A DNA stretch of 55,146 nt, taken from assembly GCA_902783025.1 (NCBI GenBank), contig CACZPH010000048.1:1-55146 (forward strand). Reading direction: 5' to 3'. The notes under the pieces are model-generated. The model had not been told where the DNA came from. It saw nothing but the letters and a program-made list of their open reading frames with translations, and made no database searches. Of the stretch, positions 50,263 to 55,146 are shown piece by piece (the stretch's first letter is position 1; every line of letters begins with the position of its first letter). The position numbers and the translations under genes were made by a program. The DNA comes from an uncultured Eubacteriales bacterium. GTDB taxonomy: Bacteria > Bacillota > Clostridia > Christensenellales > Pumilibacteraceae.

Positions 50263-51275
50263 AGTTTCCTCCAGTCAAACCGCACCATAAGCGGGAAATT
50301 TTTGTCGTTTACGAGTCTGTCGTACACTTCTTTGCACTCGTTGGGCGCAAAGACCGGACCGAGCATCGAGGCAATATCGAACCTGCCGGTAGAGACGAGC
50401 GCAATGAGAGTCTTAAGGTCGTCGCGATGAGTAAAGTAATGCTCGTGCGATTCACTGCTCGGCCGCGCGTTGGTGTGCGCGCCGATAAGAGTAATGCCCG
50501 GACAATGCACTTTGCGGTAGTAGTCTATCGTAAAGTTCTTGTCGCGGGTGCAGCCGAGAAGCGCGACTCTGCCGAACTTCGCCATGCAGTCGAGCGTTTC
50601 GTCGAGTCCCGCGCCCACGCCGGTCACTTCGACAGCCGCCTTTACGCCGCCGCCCGAAACTTCCTTTACCTTTGCGGCGAAGTCGGGATCGAAGGGATCG
50701 AAAGCGTAATCCGCGCCGCCGCGCAGCGCGTCTTCGCGGCGCTCCTTTACCGGATCGCACGCTATTACGGGTATCGCGCCCATAAGACGAGCGAGGCGCA
50801 CGGCGTACTGACCGAGAAGCCCCAAGCCCATTACCATGCACGGCTCGCCTATCTCGAGACGGGTTTTTCTCAGCGCCGCGAGCGGGAACGTACCGATAAA
50901 GAGCGGAGCGGCTTGCTCGAGCGGCATATCGTCCGGGATCTTAACCGCCTGTGAAGCGCTGATGTAATTGTATTCGCTATGAACGGTCCAGAAGCACGCG
51001 ACTTTGTCGCCTTCCTTAAGGTCTTTTACGCCCTCGCCGACTTTTACGACCACGCCCGCCGTCGAATAGCCCAGACACCTCGGGAATTTTACGCAGGGCG
51101 CGTTGGTGCCCGCGACCGTGTCGTTGCCGGTAATGTTGGCTTTTTCCGTGCCGGGGCTTACGACCGAAAACTCGGTCTTGACTATTATTTTGCCCGCCTC
51201 GGGAACGTCGGGGATCTCGCTGTCGAGAAGCTCGGCGGTATTGACCGCCGTAAATATTATTTGTTTGCGTTTCAT
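50259..51275 (-). CDS. Zinc-type alcohol/polyol dehydrogenase-like (MDR) protein
   Basis: SVVSPGTEKA, GYSTAGVV, and the Rossmann motif VMGLGLLGQYAVRLARLMGA. Confidence 0.75.
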   Translation of the reverse strand: MKRKQIIFTAVNTAELLDSEIPDVPEAGKIIVKTEFSVVSPGTEKANITGNDTVAGTNAPCVKFPRCLGYSTAGVVVKVGEGVKDLKEGDKVACFWTVHSEYNYISASQAVKIPDDMPLEQAAPLFIGTFPLAALRKTRLEIGEPCMVMGLGLLGQYAVRLARLMGAIPVIACDPVKERREDALRGGADYAFDPFDPDFAAKVKEVSGGGVKAAVEVTGVGAGLDETLDCMAKFGRVALLGCTRDKNFTIDYYRKVHCPGITLIGAHTNARPSSESHEHYFTHRDDLKTLIALVSTGRFDIASMLGPVFAPNECKEVYDRLVNDKNFPLMVRFDWRKL

Positions 51276-51376
51276 AATTTCCTCCGTATGGAATCGATAC
51301 TTATATTATACATTGCGCGCCGCCGAAAAAACAAGGCGCAATACTGCAAAAACAATAACTATTCTGTATTTTTGCG

Positions 51377-51970
51377 CTATTTCGCCTCGGCGTGAACGTA
51401 GAGACCGGAAGAGAGCATATCTTCGAGAATAGAGAAAATAACGTCCTTCGTCTCGTTGAATTTTTCGTCGGACTTGAGGCTTTCGGCTATTATTCCCCAC
51501 AGACCGTTGCAAAACAGCGCCGTAAGCTGCGGTATAGGGTACTTGGGCTTCATGGTCGCGTGGTGGTGGTCCATGTACGTAGATACGTTTTCGGACACGT
51601 AGCGGTAAAAGGTCGAGAAAAGATACGGGTTGCGGTCGGCTACGGCGTTGGAGAAAAAGTCGTAGTGATTGCGGCACAGATCGAGTATGGCGATCACCAT
51701 ATTCTTGTAGCCGCTCATATCGTCGAGAGAGGGGTTGGTGGACGACTGGAGCGAGTGGTATTCGTTTATCGCTTCGGTAAAGAAATCCTTAAACATTTCG
51801 TCCACGAGCGCGTATTTGTCCGCGTAATAGTTGTAGAAAGTTATGCGGCTCGTTTCGCCCTCGGTGCAAATATCCGTCACCGTTATTTTCTCAAACTTCT
51901 TGGTCTTAAGCAACCGCGTGAGCGTGGCTTTGAGGTTGCGTTTGGTCTTGACGACGCGTTTGTCTGTCAT
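51377..51970 (-). CDS. TetR-family transcriptional regulator
   Basis: HTH FEKITVTDICTEGETSRITFYNYYADKYAL. The start was set at ATG 51968-51970. Confidence 0.8.
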   Translation of the reverse strand: MTDKRVVKTKRNLKATLTRLLKTKKFEKITVTDICTEGETSRITFYNYYADKYALVDEMFKDFFTEAINEYHSLQSSTNPSLDDMSGYKNMVIAILDLCRNHYDFFSNAVADRNPYLFSTFYRYVSENVSTYMDHHHATMKPKYPIPQLTALFCNGLWGIIAESLKSDEKFNETKDVIFSILEDMLSSGLYVHAEAK

Positions 51971-52209
51971 AAAAAATCCCCCTATGGGTAAATAATTACG
52001 CAAAACCGTAAAATCCGTAAATAAGATCCCGATCCGCGTTTTACGTATAATATTTTACCACTTCCGGGAAGATAAGTAAAGCGTTGCACGGATATTTGCG
52101 AGCGCGTTTTTTCGCGCAAAAAAACGAAAACGCTTGCCAAACTCCCGCGCGTGCGTTATACTTAAATAGTCGCCCGTAGAGGCAAAAAGGAGAGGGGAAA
52201 TCGGAAGAA

Positions 52210-53310
52210 ATGCTTATCACGGATAAAAGCCTGTTTGGCAAATTCGGCGAAAAAATGCGTATATGGCAGGGCATTCCGTCGCTTACCGTCACGAAAAACG
52301 GAAAAATATTCGTGACCTGGTACAGCGGAAGCTGGTCGGAGCGCAACGGTAATTATTGTCTTTTGTACCGCTCGGACGGGCAAAAGTGGGACGATCTCGT
52401 CGCCGTCGCCTACGCGGGCGAAAACGCGCGCTGCTACGACGCGGCGCTGTGGACGGATCCCAAGGGACGGTTGTGGTTTGTGTGGAGCGTGATGCCGTCG
52501 CTCGATATCTTTGCGAGCGTGTGCGACGATCCCGACGCGGAAAAACTCGTTTTCGGCCCCGTCCGCAAGATAGGCGAGGGCGTAATGATCAACAACCCCA
52601 CGGTTTTGTCCTCCGGCGAGTGGCTTTTCCCGATAGCCATGTGGAAGCAAAGCGTAGTGCCTTTTAAGGGCATAAAGGTCCCGGACGGCGGGCTTGCGTA
52701 CTGCGTGGTAAGCCGCGACGAAGGCAAGACCTTTGAGACGGCGGGCGGCGTTGACTACCCGGACAGACAATTTGACGAACACCGTTTCGTCGAGCTCAGC
52801 GACGGCACGGTCAGAATGTATATACGCGGCTTTCACGGCATAGCGCAGGCGGATTCGACCGACAAGGGCAGGACGTGGCACGACGTAAGGCGTACGGGAT
52901 TGGTTTCGCCGTCGTCGAGGTGCTTTGCGACAAAGCTGAAATCGGGTAATATTCTGATGGTTTACAACTCTTCGCCGCGCAGAACCAATATGACCGCGAT
53001 ACTTTCGCGCGACGACGGCAAAACGTGGGAAGGCGGGCTTATTCTCGATACCCGCGCGGACGTTTCGTACCCCGACGGCGCGCAGGACGAAAACGGCTTA
53101 ATTCACGTAACATACGACTGCGAGCGCGGCGGCTACGTCGACAGTCTGGACAAGGCGCTCAAGTTTAAGCGCGAAGTGCTGTACGCGGCTTTCAGGGAAG
53201 AAGATATTATCGCCCGCGGCCCGGTAAGCGCCGATTGCCGGCTCGGCGTAGTAATAAGCAAGCTCGGCGAATACGAAGGACCTACTCAAGGCATATATAT
53301 CAAGGACTAA
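52210..53310 (+). CDS. BNR/Asp-box repeat protein, exo-alpha-sialidase-like (no signal peptide)
   Basis: Three Asp-boxes: SRDEGKTF, STDKGRTW and SRDDGKTW. Confidence 0.7.
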   Translation: MLITDKSLFGKFGEKMRIWQGIPSLTVTKNGKIFVTWYSGSWSERNGNYCLLYRSDGQKWDDLVAVAYAGENARCYDAALWTDPKGRLWFVWSVMPSLDIFASVCDDPDAEKLVFGPVRKIGEGVMINNPTVLSSGEWLFPIAMWKQSVVPFKGIKVPDGGLAYCVVSRDEGKTFETAGGVDYPDRQFDEHRFVELSDGTVRMYIRGFHGIAQADSTDKGRTWHDVRRTGLVSPSSRCFATKLKSGNILMVYNSSPRRTNMTAILSRDDGKTWEGGLILDTRADVSYPDGAQDENGLIHVTYDCERGGYVDSLDKALKFKREVLYAAFREEDIIARGPVSADCRLGVVISKLGEYEGPTQGIYIKD

Positions 53311-53321
53311 AGGAGAAAAAC

Positions 53322-54131
53322 ATGAACAGAAAACTCGGAATAGTGGCGGACTGTCTCAAGGAAGTAAAACCCGCCGACGCGCTCGATCTTATCGCCGATA
53401 CGGGCTTCGAGACCGTTTTTACCGGCGTAGTCGACGAGTGCGGTCTTGGCGAGATCAAAAACAAATGCGACAAGCTCGGACTTGAGCTCGAATTCGTGCA
53501 CGCGCCGTTTAAGGGCATCAACAATATGTGGCTCGAAGGCGACGAATACCTTACGGTTTACAACGGTATGAAAGAGAGTATTTACTCGTGCCACAGCTGC
53601 GACGTAAAGTCGACCGTATGCCATATTTCGAGCGGCTGGCTCGCGCCGCAGATAAACGACCTCGGACTCAGCCGCTTTGACGAGCTGGTGGACCTTGCCG
53701 TCAAGCAAAACGTCACTATCGCCTTCGAAAACTTACGCAAAGCCGGCAACGTAACGTATTTTACCGACCGATACGACGGCGTGGAGCAGGTGCGTTTTTG
53801 CTACGACTGCGGCCACGAGCATTGTTATACCGAGCACGTGCCTTTCGTGGATATTTTCGCGGACAGGCTTATCTGCACGCACCTTCACGACAATTTCGGC
53901 AGGAGCAAAACCGACCGTATGGCGGACGGCGACCTGCACTTGCTGCCCTTCGACGGCAACGTCGACTACCGCAAGATGATAGACAAGCTCGACGAGTACG
54001 ACTACCGCGGCTCGCTCATGCTCGAAGTCTTCGACGGAATGAGCCGAAAGTACCTCGATTGGGGGCGCGAAAAGTTTGTCAAAGAAGCCTTTGAGAGAGT
54101 AAGCAAAATAAACTCGTTTTCGCGCAAGTAA
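53322..54131 (+). CDS. Sugar phosphate isomerase/epimerase (xylose-isomerase-like TIM barrel)
   Basis: IAFENL, DCGHEH and THLHDNFG...DLHLLPFDGNVDY match the family pattern. AAGGAGA RBS before ATG 53322. Confidence 0.75.
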   Translation: MNRKLGIVADCLKEVKPADALDLIADTGFETVFTGVVDECGLGEIKNKCDKLGLELEFVHAPFKGINNMWLEGDEYLTVYNGMKESIYSCHSCDVKSTVCHISSGWLAPQINDLGLSRFDELVDLAVKQNVTIAFENLRKAGNVTYFTDRYDGVEQVRFCYDCGHEHCYTEHVPFVDIFADRLICTHLHDNFGRSKTDRMADGDLHLLPFDGNVDYRKMIDKLDEYDYRGSLMLEVFDGMSRKYLDWGREKFVKEAFERVSKINSFSRK

Positions 54132-54147
54132 AGAATAAGAAAAAAAG

Positions 54148-54175
54148 AAAACCGTTCGGGATCCGAACGGTTTTT
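54148..54175. terminator. Bidirectional terminator
   Basis: AAAACCGTTCGG / short loop / CCGAACGGTTTTT. Confidence 0.8.
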
Positions 54176-54181
54176 CGTATT

Positions 54182-54922
54182 TTACTTTTTGCCCTTTGCG
54201 AATGAAGACGGGGACTGACCGACGTCTTTCTTAAAAGCGGACGAGAAATATTTTTCGTCGTTAAAGCCGGATTTTGCGGCGACCTCGCTTATCGAAATGC
54301 AGCCGTAAGAGAGGAGTTTGCACGCGTAGTCGATGCGAAGGCGCTGGAGATACTCTTTGGGAGTCATCGCAAAGCGCTCTTTGAATACGCGGCGGATATA
54401 CACTTCGCTCACGTTGAATTTTTCCGCGACGTTTGTCACGGTAAAACTTCCGTCGTTAAAAGAATCCTCAATATACTTGCGGATCTTGTCGGCGAGAGCG
54501 GAATCCTTGAATGAGAAATCGTCCGCCTCCATAAAGCCGAGTATCGCGTAAAACAGCACCATCGTCTTGAAGTAATAGCCGACTTTTTTGCCCTGCCAGG
54601 TGGAGAGCATACGTTCGAAGTATTCGATATAGTTGTGGTTGTCGGTCGAAAAGACCTTGATGTCGAAGCGGTTGTATTCGACGAGATCGAACTGCACCTC
54701 GATCACGTGTTCCTTTTTCGCGGTGTGCGAGTACTCCAGGCCCGCCGGAATAAAAACCATATCGCCCATTTCCGCGCGCACGGTATTGCCGCCCACGGAG
54801 TACGAGCTGTCCGAGTCGGTGAGAATGGCGAGCGTGCAGAATTCGTTCGACTGAGCCTTTTTGACCGTTCCGGTCTGCGTGTAGTCCAGAACGTCCTGAA
54901 TTTTTACGGTTATGTTCTCCAT
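54182..54922 (-). CDS. AraC-family transcriptional regulator
   Basis: Cupin-like N-terminus and a C-terminal double HTH (VTNVAEKFNVSEVYIRRVFKERF...ISEVAAKSGFNDEKYFSSAFKKDVGQSP). The start was set at ATG 54920-54922. Confidence 0.85.
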   Translation of the reverse strand: MENITVKIQDVLDYTQTGTVKKAQSNEFCTLAILTDSDSSYSVGGNTVRAEMGDMVFIPAGLEYSHTAKKEHVIEVQFDLVEYNRFDIKVFSTDNHNYIEYFERMLSTWQGKKVGYYFKTMVLFYAILGFMEADDFSFKDSALADKIRKYIEDSFNDGSFTVTNVAEKFNVSEVYIRRVFKERFAMTPKEYLQRLRIDYACKLLSYGCISISEVAAKSGFNDEKYFSSAFKKDVGQSPSSFAKGKK

Positions 54923-54928
54923 ATTCTT

Positions 54929-54957
54929 ATTATACAACAAAAAATCGTCAAAATCAA
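54929..54957 (-). promoter_or_regulatory. Promoter of the AraC gene, positioned for a leaderless transcript
   Basis: On the minus strand: TTGATT (54952-54957), 17-nt spacer, TATAAT (54929-54934). The ATG begins 6 nt after the -10 box. Confidence 0.5.
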
Positions 54958-55014
54958 TTCTTTTTTCAAAATAGGTTCAATTTTCGAAACAACGCGGAAA
55001 AAACGCGTATAGCG

Positions 55015-55044
55015 TTGACAAGGCGGTAAAAAATATAGTATAAT
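55015..55044 (+). promoter_or_regulatory. Promoter of tRNA-Gly
   Basis: TTGACA (55015-55020), 18-nt spacer, TATAAT (55039-55044). Confidence 0.65.
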
Positions 55045-55057
55045 ACTATCGGGATAT

Positions 55058-55131
55058 GCGTGCATAGTTCAATGGTAAAACGAGTGCTTCCCAAGCATTA
55101 GTCGCGAGTTCGATCCTCGTTGCGCGCTCCA
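55058..55131 (+). tRNA. tRNA-Gly (anticodon CCC), CCA encoded
   Basis: Hand-folded. Acceptor GCGTGCA/TGCGCGC. Anticodon stem AGTGC/GCATT with loop TTCCCAA. T arm GCGAG-TTCGATC-CTCGT, then TCCA. Confidence 0.88.
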
Positions 55132-55146
55132 TACCCAAAGGGACGC

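Overview
This is a 55.1-kb chromosomal window from a Bacillota (Clostridia-like) genome. That placement rests on GGAGG-type ribosome-binding sites (RBS), TTGACA/TATAAT promoters, hairpin+T-run terminators, and DegV, ParB/Spo0J, FtsH and M29 aminopeptidase genes. All calls come from reading the sequence and recalling family motifs; no searches were run. Housekeeping content: smpB, mnmE, rsmG, an asnA/asnS/aspS cluster, parB, ftsH, lepB, two degV paralogs, tRNA-Ser(GCU) and tRNA-Gly(CCC). The window looks origin-proximal: two near-consensus parS sites, a cluster of DnaA boxes and phased A-tracts lie downstream of parB, and an inverted DnaA-box pair lies upstream of rsmG. Accessory content: (1) A 4.7-kb AT-rich island sits at the 3' end of tRNA-Ser, bounded by a perfect 50-bp direct repeat and lacking any recombinase. 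It carries a five-gene operon in which DpnII-type R-M genes (HTH-fused Dam-like MTase, DpnII-family endonuclease, second MTase) are interleaved with a GIY-YIG/DUF4357 protein and a DUF3800 protein. This is the best candidate for an undescribed defence system. (2) A COG2984/4120/1101-type ABC importer is preceded by a 16-codon leader ORF with eight consecutive Phe/Tyr codons plus terminator/antiterminator structures. (3) A seven-gene operon on the minus strand, probably TetR-controlled, encodes an alpha/beta hydrolase, TetR, a flavin-reductase-like protein, an NmrA/SDR protein, DUF1295, a membrane protein and an unknown protein. (4) A 2.2-kb AT-rich islet holds orphan small and membrane proteins punctuated by a repeated hairpin. 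The rest is carbohydrate-related genes and a 950-aa Ig-repeat/SGNH lipoprotein. No CRISPR array, rRNA, IS element or integrase was seen. Many long ORFs in the supplied track run antisense to recognisable genes and were rejected.
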